Sequence record: NC_031127.1
DNA length: 64,000 nt
Reading direction: 5' to 3' (one strand)
This document shows positions 1-9,755 of this stretch, in pieces. A program made the position numbers and the translations under genes. Position 1 is the first letter of the stretch. Each line of letters begins with the position of its first letter. The notes below the pieces were generated by a model. It saw only the letters and a program-made list of their open reading frames with translations, was not told where the DNA came from and did not search any database.

Positions 1-2
1 CA

Positions 3-980
3 ATCGTCGGTAACTGTCCGGCCTTTACCGGTGCCATCAGCTTTACGTATATGCTGGAAGGGGCAGGCTTTTATCCTGACTCAGGCCCTGGACCGAAAAC
101 CTTATTACAAGGTGACAGCCTGCGTGGTTATTTCGGTGTGGTGGATTCCGCTGAACTCTTTACCCACAAGGCGATTATCGACGCCGTGTTCTTAAAAGGA
201 ACGAAGCCGGTGTTGAGTCCCGGTACCGAAGGGTGGCACAAGTTCTTCTATCAAGGACGGGTGCTGTACTTCCCGGTGAGCGCTATCGGCTACACTATTG
301 CTTGGCAGACGTTGTACGGCGAAGGATTGGTCTATGGCGTAGATGGCCCTGGCCCCTATCCGTCGGGCACGCCGGTTGACCAAGGTCGCATTATTGCTGC
401 CGACTCCGTCAGCGAAGGCCGCTTCTATTACCGCTGTCGTTTACCGTCGCTGGGCAAAGACCCGGTGTCGGCGACCAACCTGCTACCGGCAACGGAATAC
501 GCGGGCAGTGAACTAGAGATGTTCAATTATCTCTATAACGGAAAGTGGGCAGCATTGCGGGGCGCTGCATGGACGGTGTACATCATGACGCAGGCCAGTG
601 TCGTGGGGACGTTAACCAACCACAAGGTTATTACCGGTTCTCTTGCCGCTTCAACCAACATACCGAAAACCATGGCGAGCACGAGTTACACCTGGTTCCC
701 GGTGCTGGAGTTGGTTGACAAAAACGGCACGACCTTAGGACTGGAAGAGATCAAGGGTAACGTTGATCATACGCTCTACCCGATTCTTTTCGATACCACT
801 AACACGATGGAACTCCATCCGGTGGTGTTAGGTAATCCACGTACCGTTGAATTTGCCCCGGTGCTGTTCTCTGCGGATAACAGTATGGCGTTGCATCCGG
901 TGACGTTAGGCTTACCGAAGACCGTAGACTTCACCCCCATCACCTTTACGGCTGAGCTATATACCCCGCCGGAAAGTTAA
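3..980 (+). CDS. Virion structural protein, paralog type C (5'-truncated at window edge)
   Basis: The frame is open from base 3 (IVGNCPAFTGAISFTY) into the track ORF at 51. It shares PAFTG..YPDSGPGPK.L..G....GYFG.V and W.KF motifs with 2941..4335 and 6267..7799. Confidence 0.8.
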   Translation: MVGNCPAFTGAISFTYMLEGAGFYPDSGPGPKTLLQGDSLRGYFGVVDSAELFTHKAIIDAVFLKGTKPVLSPGTEGWHKFFYQGRVLYFPVSAIGYTIAWQTLYGEGLVYGVDGPGPYPSGTPVDQGRIIAADSVSEGRFYYRCRLPSLGKDPVSATNLLPATEYAGSELEMFNYLYNGKWAALRGAAWTVYIMTQASVVGTLTNHKVITGSLAASTNIPKTMASTSYTWFPVLELVDKNGTTLGLEEIKGNVDHTLYPILFDTTNTMELHPVVLGNPRTVEFAPVLFSADNSMALHPVTLGLPKTVDFTPITFTAELYTPPES

Positions 981-992
981 GAGGTAGTTATC

Positions 993-1988
993 ATGTCATT
1001 TACATTGCGTTGGAAGAACCCAAACGTAATTGCCACGGTGGTGAACATCTATCGTGACGTCAAAGATATTTCTGTTAGTGCACTACCTGCTCCGATTGCG
1101 ACGTTGTCGAACGGAGAAACCGAATGGCGTGATACCACCGCCGTGGGTGGGTCGACCTACTACTATTTGCTGACTGTGACCGCGAACGGTAAGACCGTGG
1201 CGACAGCGAGCCAGAAATACGTGGTGGAGGTCAAGCGCGGGATTGGTCCGATGACCATTATCCAGGGCGATGACCGTCTCGGTTTTATGGGCAATGTACC
1301 GTACGATGAGCAGTGGCAGCCTACTCAGATGCCTGCGAGCTTTCAGGCAATGTACCCGACGCTACTGACTGATCGTGTCAGCCTGAGTAAGTTTACCCGC
1401 AACGGTAAAATCCTGTACCTGCTCAATAGCAGCGCACAGTTCCTCGGACAGCAGTCGTGGGCGACGTTGTATCAGGCAGGGTTGGTGTACGGGACGGATG
1501 ACTTTGGGCCAGTTGGTGGCCACGGGACGTTACCCGATACCTTGCAGGATGCAAAGATTTATCACAATGGTGATGTGTATCGGATGCGTCTTGCGCGTGG
1601 ACTTACCGAAGAAGGCCAGTCACCAGCGTTTGCGTTTGACAGCAGCCTACATTTGAAAGACCACGATGCGGTCTCTGCGCTTACCGGATTTAACGAATAC
1701 AACGACCTGCTGTACAGCATGGTGGTGGATGTCCCGGTCAAACAGCGCTGGGCGAACTGGAACCAGCTTGGGTCGAATCTGTTAGGTGCGGGCAGTGTTG
1801 CCAGTAACTCGGTACTGATTAACGGTGGGGTACTTTGCCAAGAACACGACACGGCGACAGACAAGATTCTGCAACGTGGGTTGTTCTTGGCCACGACCCT
1901 GACGGCCACGTCGGCTATTCAACGTATTAACTACACCACCCCTGCTCAGCTAGGGCGTTACTTCCCTATCTTTGAGCTGGTTGAGTAA
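993..1988 (+). CDS. Virion structural protein, paralog type A (N-terminal FN3-like domain)
   Basis: 331 aa with SD agagg. N-terminus LRWKNPN..IYR..W.DT.AV.G.TYYY is FN3-like. Conserved KF.RNGKILY and AGLVYG. Paralog of 4347 and 7812. Confidence 0.8.
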   Translation: MSFTLRWKNPNVIATVVNIYRDVKDISVSALPAPIATLSNGETEWRDTTAVGGSTYYYLLTVTANGKTVATASQKYVVEVKRGIGPMTIIQGDDRLGFMGNVPYDEQWQPTQMPASFQAMYPTLLTDRVSLSKFTRNGKILYLLNSSAQFLGQQSWATLYQAGLVYGTDDFGPVGGHGTLPDTLQDAKIYHNGDVYRMRLARGLTEEGQSPAFAFDSSLHLKDHDAVSALTGFNEYNDLLYSMVVDVPVKQRWANWNQLGSNLLGAGSVASNSVLINGGVLCQEHDTATDKILQRGLFLATTLTATSAIQRINYTTPAQLGRYFPIFELVE

Positions 1989-1997
1989 GGAACGGTC

Positions 1998-2927
1998 ATG
2001 ACTATTCGTTTAAACTGGCCGTCACAAGCGGCCAAAGGTCTCACCGCCATTGAGATTTACCGCAAGGTCGGTTGGAATGCCACGCTGGATGTTAACAATC
2101 CGGGGACTCCACACGCCACGCTTGCAGGGGACGCTACCCAGTTTGTCGATGACGTGGCAACCCTGACCAACAACACGACCTACCGTTATTGGGTGGCGGC
2201 AGTGAAAGGTACCGAACGCCTGATTGGTAATCCGATTACACAAGGCTTCTTCCTCGACACCGGACCGGGCCCACAGACGTTGAAGAGAGGCGATTGGGGT
2301 TGCGGGTATTTCGGCACCCTCACCAAAGAAGAGTTCTTCAACACCCCCGAGCTGAAAGTTCTGTTACCTGCTGGTCAAGCGGCACTGTTTGTTTACGACC
2401 CGCCGCTGTGGCACAAGTTTATTTTCCGGGGCCGTATTCTGTTCTTCCCGAACTACACCCACAGTAGCACCGCCTCGTTCGCCACCGCGTATTTGCGTGG
2501 GATGGCGTACGGCACGGATGATAACGGTCTGTATGTCCCCACTGGGCAAACTGCCACTAAACAGGACTGTAAAGTCACCAAGGACGGCCGTACTTACCGT
2601 ATCCGTTTACCGTGGGCGTTGCCTTACGATACCACCAACGGCGCGTCAGGGGATTACAATAACGGTGAATGGCGCAGTACCATGGCGCGGCTGTTTACGC
2701 GTGGCGCTAATGACCAGTCTCTTTTCGGACTTGGCATGTGGGATTCCCTGGCCAACTGGGGTACCAGTAACAGCATGTCCGACCCAGGTGCTACCGCAAT
2801 GGCACCGATGTACGGTAACGGTTATAACCTGTACTGTTACGGCTATAGCCCTGTCAATATCACTATTAACAGTAACCTCAGCTCACCGACCAGCATGCTT
2901 TTTGTGTTCGAGCTGATTTTACCGTAA
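1998..2927 (+). CDS. Virion structural protein, paralog type B (N-terminal FN3-like domain)
   Basis: 309 aa. LNW..Q...L.AIEIYR..NNPGTP.ATL.G, then GPGP..L.RGDW..GYFG. Paralog of 5373 and 8811. Confidence 0.8.
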   Translation: MTIRLNWPSQAAKGLTAIEIYRKVGWNATLDVNNPGTPHATLAGDATQFVDDVATLTNNTTYRYWVAAVKGTERLIGNPITQGFFLDTGPGPQTLKRGDWGCGYFGTLTKEEFFNTPELKVLLPAGQAALFVYDPPLWHKFIFRGRILFFPNYTHSSTASFATAYLRGMAYGTDDNGLYVPTGQTATKQDCKVTKDGRTYRIRLPWALPYDTTNGASGDYNNGEWRSTMARLFTRGANDQSLFGLGMWDSLANWGTSNSMSDPGATAMAPMYGNGYNLYCYGYSPVNITINSNLSSPTSMLFVFELILP

Positions 2928-2940
2928 CGGAGTATCCATC

Positions 2941-4335
2941 ATGGGTCTGTATAGCAAACCCGCACTCGATTTATTGGGGGCGCTCATTAACCGGGACAAT
3001 CCGGGAGTAAAGACTCAGCTGTCGTCGTCCAACATCCTTGTGCTGGGTGGACCATTCACGACCAGTCTGGGCAACAGTGGCCGCAATACCCGTATCCAAC
3101 TGAACGGGGTTGTGGGTTCTGGCGTCAACGGAAAGATGGAATTTTTCTACGATCGTCTGAACTTAGGGGATTTGTTCAAGAACATCACCATTGTCTTTAA
3201 CGGTGATAACAAGTCGACGAAACTCAAAGATCTGCTACCGGCGTTGAATGCCCAGTATGGGTTAAACTTGACGGCAGCAGATTTGGCTACGCCCGACACC
3301 GCTTTGGATTACGGGTACACCGCAACGCCCGTCACCTTTACCATGGCCGCAACGAGTCTGGCATACCGTGGCAGTTTGACGGCAACGTGGTCACGCAAAC
3401 CGGCCGGGGTCTATCCGAAGTCTGGGCCGGGTACAAAAACACTACTGATGGGGAGTCTGCAAGAAGGCTACTTTGGCGTGGTGTCGAAGGAAGAGATGAT
3501 GACATCCGGGGAGTTCTACGCGAACTTCTTTGATGGCAAAACGGTGAACGGGACAGGGGTGTTGGTTAACAACACGCTGTTCTGGTTGAAGTTTGCGCTG
3601 GACGGAAAGTTTGTCTTTGTCCCGAGCCACAACATGATTTCGAATATCAGCTGGGATACCTTGAACGCGTTTGGTGCGGCGAATGCCGATGCCAAATACC
3701 CGATGTTCGTGCAAAAAGACGACGACCAGTTCTTTTTCCAACTGCGATTACCACGATTCTCCACCACGTTTGAGCTTCCGCCGGATCGTACTGACCCTAC
3801 TTCGGATGCGAATCGTCTGTTCAACAAGGTGCATAAGCAGTCGTACGGTAACGGGGAGTGGGCCGCGTTGACCACCGTGGATATGGCAAACGCCTTTGTC
3901 TGGTGGAACAAGCGAAATGATACCACGGCACCGTTCCCCGTTTACGTCTCGGCGTTTAACCAAGTCTCGGTAAACAATGCCCCATCCGCCAGCCAACAAA
4001 ACTGGCGGCCAGTGTTGGAACTGGTCGATGCAGCTGACTATTTGATGCCGATGCGTAACCTCCAGGCAAAATTGGAAGTACCGGTACGGAACTTTGGGTT
4101 TATTCTCACGAGTATCATCGACTCGAGTACGTTGCAGGCGATGAAAAACATCTCGGCAACACTGGCACGCGGTGTACCGGCACCGGTGTTGTACCGCCCA
4201 ACGGCGAACATCTTCAAAGCAGCGCAAGACTTCCGAGCGACGAATCCGGTACGGTCGTTTGCATTCCGGTTCACAGCGACGTATGACAGGCGGACTGATT
4301 TAGCCACCACCAATGGCGAACTGAACGGCTTTTAA
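2941..4335 (+). CDS. Virion structural protein, paralog type C
   Basis: 464 aa. Starts MGLY..LI.RDNP, has EFFYDRLNL and GPG.K.LL.G...EGYFG, and ends DLATTNGELNGF. Confidence 0.8.
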   Translation: MGLYSKPALDLLGALINRDNPGVKTQLSSSNILVLGGPFTTSLGNSGRNTRIQLNGVVGSGVNGKMEFFYDRLNLGDLFKNITIVFNGDNKSTKLKDLLPALNAQYGLNLTAADLATPDTALDYGYTATPVTFTMAATSLAYRGSLTATWSRKPAGVYPKSGPGTKTLLMGSLQEGYFGVVSKEEMMTSGEFYANFFDGKTVNGTGVLVNNTLFWLKFALDGKFVFVPSHNMISNISWDTLNAFGAANADAKYPMFVQKDDDQFFFQLRLPRFSTTFELPPDRTDPTSDANRLFNKVHKQSYGNGEWAALTTVDMANAFVWWNKRNDTTAPFPVYVSAFNQVSVNNAPSASQQNWRPVLELVDAADYLMPMRNLQAKLEVPVRNFGFILTSIIDSSTLQAMKNISATLARGVPAPVLYRPTANIFKAAQDFRATNPVRSFAFRFTATYDRRTDLATTNGELNGF

Positions 4336-4346
4336 AGGATACGATT

Positions 4347-5363
4347 ATGTCATTAAAACTTTCGTGGGCGAACCCGAACACGGCAGCCACCGCGATCCGT
4401 ATCTATCGTAAAGATACGAACTTTGACTCCAGTTCCCTTCCCACGCCGCTGGCGGAGATTGGGCCATTGGAAACCAGTTACATCGACACCACGGCGGTCG
4501 AAGGCAACAGTTACTACTACGCCATCGGTACCGTGAGTGCGGTGGACGAGGTCTTTACCGCGACGCAGAAAATCGTTGCCACAGATAACCGTGGCGCGGG
4601 CCCGAACATCTTACTCGGTGGCGACACCATGCTTGGCTACTACGGTCAGATGTTAGTTGAAGACTTTGTCAACAACTCCACCATTCTGGCTGCGGCGGCA
4701 ACGCTTGCGGGATTGCCAACGGCGTTGGTATCGCCGAACTGGCACAAGTTTATCCGTAACGGAAAAATCTTGTACTTACCGGACACCAACTTCGGTAATA
4801 CTGATTACCGCTATCTGTACCAAGCGGGTTTTGTCCACGGTATTGATGCGAACGGACCGGCAGGCTTCGCGACGACGGGCCTGACACCAACGAAACAGTT
4901 GCGCACTTTTGTGCTGAAAGGTCAGACGTATAAAATCCGACTGATGCGTGGTTGGAGCGATGGTCCAGAAACGGATATCTCGGCGTACAACGGCGCGGCG
5001 GCTAACCACGATAACGTGGCGAATACCAAAGACAACGAATTCAACGACTTGGTTTACGCGTTGAATAAGTTCACGCCGTTGAAACAACGTACCCCTAACT
5101 TCATCAATCTGGAGTGGGATAAATTTGTCGGTGCGCCTACTACCAACTGGAGCAGCTCCGAGGCCCTGAGTGCCATGATTGCACAGTTCCGCATTGTGAC
5201 TCAGGAGCGCTGGCCGGGCGGCAGTGTATTATCCCGTGGCCAACGTGAAGTGACTTGGGGTCAGTATGCCTCACCACATTCGCGTGCGCATGTGTCGAAC
5301 ATCAGTTCCTCCGGGGTCACGCAAACGCTGATCTGGTTGCCAGTTATCGAACTCGTGGATTAA
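4347..5363 (+). CDS. Virion structural protein, paralog type A
   Basis: 338 aa starting MSLKLSWANPN. FN3-like N-terminus, WHKFIRNGKILY, C-terminal W.PVIELV. Confidence 0.8.
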   Translation: MSLKLSWANPNTAATAIRIYRKDTNFDSSSLPTPLAEIGPLETSYIDTTAVEGNSYYYAIGTVSAVDEVFTATQKIVATDNRGAGPNILLGGDTMLGYYGQMLVEDFVNNSTILAAAATLAGLPTALVSPNWHKFIRNGKILYLPDTNFGNTDYRYLYQAGFVHGIDANGPAGFATTGLTPTKQLRTFVLKGQTYKIRLMRGWSDGPETDISAYNGAAANHDNVANTKDNEFNDLVYALNKFTPLKQRTPNFINLEWDKFVGAPTTNWSSSEALSAMIAQFRIVTQERWPGGSVLSRGQREVTWGQYASPHSRAHVSNISSSGVTQTLIWLPVIELVD

Positions 5364-5372
5364 GAGGTTACA

Positions 5373-6257
5373 ATGGGTATTAAATTAGATTGGGTGGATC
5401 AGTCTGCTCAACAACTCACCGCGATTGAGATTTATCGTAGCGCCACACCAATCTCTACGACTAACCCCGGTACACCGATTGTGACGTTGCCGGGTAACGC
5501 AACGAGTTATGAAGACAACACCGTCAAAAACAAATCGCGTTATTACTACCGTATTGCCGCAGTGAAGGGTAGTGATAAAAGCTTCTCGCCGAATCAACTC
5601 ACCGGCTACTTCGCGGAAACCGGACCCGGCCGTGCTACCCCGATGCGCGGGGACTGGAACGCGGGCTTTATGGATGTACTGCCGATGAACGATTTCGTCA
5701 GTATGTCATCGTTGTTTACTAAGCTCCCCGGTTTGGCGAAATACGGCGCGGTCGCAAACACTATCCCTAGCTGGTACAAGATGTGTTATCAAGGCAAAGT
5801 ATTATTTGTGCCCAGCGCGGCGATCACCAATATGTCTTGGAACGAACTGTACGCGGAGAAAGCCATCTTTGGGGAAGAAAGTACCGCGACGTTACCTAAC
5901 GGCACCTTAGCCAGCGGGAAGCTGACGGTGGAAATCGGCGGGTTGAACTATATCGTTCGCTGCCCGAAACTCTCGCCGGTGGCGTACAGCAACTACGTTA
6001 CCCTGCAAGAGCAAACGGTGGATAGCGAGTGGCGTGATACCGTCAGTCGTCTTGCGCAGCTGTCGCTTGAGCCACAGGCCGGGGCCAAAACCCGCTTGAT
6101 GGACTTGACAGGCGCTCCGTTTATCGCGGTAGGTGGACATCTTCAAAACGCCACCCAACACACTGCGATGCTGACCGCGGCCCCAGGGGCCTTGTCGTAC
6201 GGGGGTGTTAACAACCGTTATGCTATTGGGTTGATTCTTGAACTCGTCATGCCGTAA
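5373..6257 (+). CDS. Virion structural protein, paralog type B
   Basis: 294 aa starting MGIKLDWVDQ. Contains AIEIYRS..NPGTPI, GPG...RGDW, and ends LELVMP. Confidence 0.8.
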   Translation: MGIKLDWVDQSAQQLTAIEIYRSATPISTTNPGTPIVTLPGNATSYEDNTVKNKSRYYYRIAAVKGSDKSFSPNQLTGYFAETGPGRATPMRGDWNAGFMDVLPMNDFVSMSSLFTKLPGLAKYGAVANTIPSWYKMCYQGKVLFVPSAAITNMSWNELYAEKAIFGEESTATLPNGTLASGKLTVEIGGLNYIVRCPKLSPVAYSNYVTLQEQTVDSEWRDTVSRLAQLSLEPQAGAKTRLMDLTGAPFIAVGGHLQNATQHTAMLTAAPGALSYGGVNNRYAIGLILELVMP

Positions 6258-6266
6258 GGAGGGCAC

Positions 6267-7799
6267 ATGGGCTTATACGATCGTGATTCGCTGAGTTTAC
6301 TGTGTCGGCTCATCATGCGCGATAATCCCCAGCTTGCTGTAGCACTTGATCCGACCAAGGTGATGGTGCTCAGCGGACCCTTTACATCCGGTTTAGGTAC
6401 CAGCGGGCGTAATGCCCGCATTACCCTGAACGGACGGACTGGTTCAGGGATTGTTGGGAAAAAAGAATTCTTCTACGACCGCATCAACCTCGGTGCCTTA
6501 TTCAACGGCATTACCGTGGTGTTTATGGCGGCAGGCAGTGCCAAAACGTACGCCGATTTGTTACCGGCTCTCAATGAGCAGTATGGCATCACGTTGCAGG
6601 CTTCAGACCTCGCCAACGGTACCACCAAGCTGCCGCAAGCCTACACCCCTACACAGGTGACACTCACCATTGCCAGCACCTCACCGGCCTTTACAGGTAG
6701 CCTGACGGTCACCTGGACCCGAACGCCGGTAGGCACCTTCCCGGACTCGGGACCGGGCAGCAAGGTGATGTTGATTGGGGATATGAATGAAGGGTACTTC
6801 GGTTTAGTGTCCGAAGAGGAGCTGTTCAATGCCCCTGCATTGCATGCGAAGATAAACGAAGGCAATGCCAGCCCTGTCGGTACGGTTAATGCCATCCCAG
6901 CCACCCGCCACTGGTATAAGTTTGCCCGCGACGGCAAGATTGTTTATCTGGCCAGTTACAACCACATTAACATTCTCTGGCGGGATTTGTATACGCGTGG
7001 GGCAGTGTACGAAACCACCGTACCGCTCAACGATCATAAAGCCCCTGCCAGTTTGACACGCACGGTGCAGAAGTTAGCAATGCGGAAAGTGGAGAGCGGA
7101 CGGGAATGGTATTTGTCGCCATGTATGCCACGTCTGTCCGACCAGACCTCTTGGGACTATAGCGCCATTAACCAAACGCCCGACCCAACGGGTGACGTTG
7201 CCCGGCTGTTTATGAAAGTGGCAAATGCGGGAGGCTACGCTACCGGGGAATGGGACGTTCAGTCCATCGACGCCAACGGTTACTGGCAGTCCACGGCTTC
7301 TAAGTCTGACCCAGCAAAAGCCTTCGGCAGCAGCATGGTCGGTTGGAACCAGGGGATGTACGACATGCTCACCTTCACCGGGGGCTGGCGGCCGATGCTG
7401 GAGCTGATTGATCCGGCCGTTGTGGGTTTACCGTTAGAAAACTTCGTCGGTACCCCAGAGGGGGTTCTGCGTAAACCGTTGGTCACCATTAGTCCAGACA
7501 CCGGTGATATCCTGCTGCTGCTGTCGGACGTCGCGTGGGAAATCCAGGGGGCGTTGAAAAAGCCACAGGTCTCAATGTTACCCTCTCCACTGCTGAATGT
7601 CAGAGAGATAACGGCACGCGTAGCAGCAGAAACCGATCCGCTTGTGCTGGACTTTGTTACGGCACCTCTCCTGAGTGTACGGCAGACCAGCTGGCAAAAC
7701 GTATTGCGAGCACCGCAAGCACAACTTGTTGCGGAATACAAAGCATCGACAGTTGTTAATCTCGCGACTGCGAACGGTGAACTCGACGGCTTTAAATAA
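6267..7799 (+). CDS. Virion structural protein, paralog type C
   Basis: 510 aa starting MGLYDR. Contains EFFYDRINL and PDSGPGSK, and ends NLATANGELDGFK. Confidence 0.8.
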   Translation: MGLYDRDSLSLLCRLIMRDNPQLAVALDPTKVMVLSGPFTSGLGTSGRNARITLNGRTGSGIVGKKEFFYDRINLGALFNGITVVFMAAGSAKTYADLLPALNEQYGITLQASDLANGTTKLPQAYTPTQVTLTIASTSPAFTGSLTVTWTRTPVGTFPDSGPGSKVMLIGDMNEGYFGLVSEEELFNAPALHAKINEGNASPVGTVNAIPATRHWYKFARDGKIVYLASYNHINILWRDLYTRGAVYETTVPLNDHKAPASLTRTVQKLAMRKVESGREWYLSPCMPRLSDQTSWDYSAINQTPDPTGDVARLFMKVANAGGYATGEWDVQSIDANGYWQSTASKSDPAKAFGSSMVGWNQGMYDMLTFTGGWRPMLELIDPAVVGLPLENFVGTPEGVLRKPLVTISPDTGDILLLLSDVAWEIQGALKKPQVSMLPSPLLNVREITARVAAETDPLVLDFVTAPLLSVRQTSWQNVLRAPQAQLVAEYKASTVVNLATANGELDGFK

Positions 7800-7811
7800 G
7801 AGGATTTGTAA

Positions 7812-8807
7812 ATGGCCTTAAAACTAAAATGGAAGAACCCGAATGTCGGGGCGACCACCATTGACATTTATCGTGGCGATACGATTAACGTCAGTCTCAC
7901 CACACCACTGGTGACATTAACGAACGGCGAGCTGTCGTGGGTAGATACGACGGCATTGTTTGGAAAAACGTATTACTACGTCTGGGCCGTGAATACCGCA
8001 AACGACCGCGTAGTCAGTCGCCCACAGAAAATTGAGGTTAACGACCGTAAAGGCCCTGGACCCAACTTGCTGTTGCATGGTAACGAAGGCTACGGTTTCT
8101 TTGGGGTGGTTCCAGCCGCAGATTTTGTTAACAGCGGCGCTATCTTGGCCGTAGCGAAAAATCTCAGTGGTGTCCCACAAGCCACCGTGTATCCGACTTG
8201 GTATAAGTTCATTCGCAAAGGCAAGGTTCTGTTTGTACCAAACCAAAGCTTTGGCGATACCACTTGGCAAGCACTGTATAACGCGGGCTTTGTTTACGGG
8301 GTTAACAATACGGGACCGGGCGGTGCGGGAACCGTTAACCAATTAACAACGTTTGAACTGAACGGCGACCTGTTCTTAGTCCGGGCAACAAAAGCGTTTC
8401 CTGAGGAAGTGCCGTGGACGGACGGACTGGGTTCGTACGATCTTGATACCATGCCTGTGATGGCAAATGTGTACGCCGAATACGAAGACCTGCTGTATCC
8501 GATGGCCGCACACTCCCCGCTGCGTAAACGGATGGTAACGGTTGGAGATGAAAATCTCAACAGCGTCCTACCGCCCCTGTATAACACCGTCTCTCGTACT
8601 GTGATTGGGGTCTGCTGCCAGGACTACAACAACAACTTAGTGCTCCAGCGCGGGGTTGGCTATAACTCATACGGCCAATCCTCACACAACCGCAACACGC
8701 TGCGTGCCTGCAACCGTCGTACCAAGACCGATACCTGCGTCTGGTGGCCGGTGGTGGAATACATTGGGCGTGTAGGTGAAGTAGACTTGACAAAATTAGG
8801 AGTGTAA
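7812..8807 (+). CDS. Virion structural protein, paralog type A
   Basis: 331 aa starting MALKLKWKNPN, with GPGP and WYKFIRKGKVLF. Confidence 0.8.
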   Translation: MALKLKWKNPNVGATTIDIYRGDTINVSLTTPLVTLTNGELSWVDTTALFGKTYYYVWAVNTANDRVVSRPQKIEVNDRKGPGPNLLLHGNEGYGFFGVVPAADFVNSGAILAVAKNLSGVPQATVYPTWYKFIRKGKVLFVPNQSFGDTTWQALYNAGFVYGVNNTGPGGAGTVNQLTTFELNGDLFLVRATKAFPEEVPWTDGLGSYDLDTMPVMANVYAEYEDLLYPMAAHSPLRKRMVTVGDENLNSVLPPLYNTVSRTVIGVCCQDYNNNLVLQRGVGYNSYGQSSHNRNTLRACNRRTKTDTCVWWPVVEYIGRVGEVDLTKLGV

Positions 8808-8810
8808 GGG

Positions 8811-9713
8811 ATGGGAATCACGATTAACTGGGATGACCAGACCGACCAAGCGTTAGATGCCATCGAGGTGTATCGTTCAACATCACCGATTGACATTAAC
8901 AATCCTGGTACCCCGATTGCGACACTGGCAGGAACCGCCCGCTCGTACGAAGATACTGCGGTGAAAGTGGGGAACACGTATTACTACTGTGTGGCGGTAA
9001 AGAAGGGAGAGAACCGTTCTTTCGGTGCGGTGCAGACCCAAGGCTATTATGCTAACTTAGGTCCTGGACCACAGCGGTTGTTACGCGGAGATTGGGTACG
9101 CGGCTACTTCGGTGAAATGTCTCCAGCTGACTGGGTGACCCCGGCGGATGTGGCTAACAAAATCAAGGATGCGCTCAAGTCCACCACGGGGATCACTTTC
9201 ACAACCAGCACCGGCTCTATCTGGTTCAAGTTTATCTATAAAGGGAAGATTCTCTTTATTCCGAACCTGAACCTGTTGAACAGCAGCAACTGGACAACCG
9301 GCTACAATGCTGGGTTTATTTTCGGCACTGACGATTTTGGAAACTCACCAACGGGTGTCCCCGGTGCCGTTAACCAACGTTGTGTGATTGAAATCGCTGG
9401 ACTTCAGTACATCGCTCGTGCGATTCGTCTGTCAGAAAAACCGACTACCCAATACCTGACCGACCAGCTGGACTTTAATGACAGCGAATGGAAGTCTACC
9501 TATGCACGACTGCGGGCCGACGGGTTAGCCATTACCGACCCAACAGTACAACCGCGAGTGAATGACTTGAGCAGTCTTAACAGCACAGGCAGCGCGCATA
9601 TGGCCGACGCTAACAACAGCGCCGCGGTTATTAGCAGCGCTCCTGAAACCTTGGGCAAAACCCCGAAAACTTCGGGTATTGGCTGGATGGTTGTACTCGA
9701 ACTGTTGCAATAA
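8811..9713 (+). CDS. Virion structural protein, paralog type B
   Basis: 300 aa starting MGITINWDDQ, with GPGPQRLLRGDW..GYFG, ending LELLQ. Confidence 0.8.
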   Translation: MGITINWDDQTDQALDAIEVYRSTSPIDINNPGTPIATLAGTARSYEDTAVKVGNTYYYCVAVKKGENRSFGAVQTQGYYANLGPGPQRLLRGDWVRGYFGEMSPADWVTPADVANKIKDALKSTTGITFTTSTGSIWFKFIYKGKILFIPNLNLLNSSNWTTGYNAGFIFGTDDFGNSPTGVPGAVNQRCVIEIAGLQYIARAIRLSEKPTTQYLTDQLDFNDSEWKSTYARLRADGLAITDPTVQPRVNDLSSLNSTGSAHMADANNSAAVISSAPETLGKTPKTSGIGWMVVLELLQ

Positions 9714-9755
9714 AAAAAGATAACCTCTATACCCCGAAGGGTATAGAGGTCTTTT
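9712..9755. terminator. Bidirectional intrinsic terminator
   Basis: 12-bp stem acctctataccc-cgaa-gggtatagaggt (cUUCGg loop on minus strand) with an A-tract before and a T-tract after. Lies between convergent genes. Confidence 0.9.
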
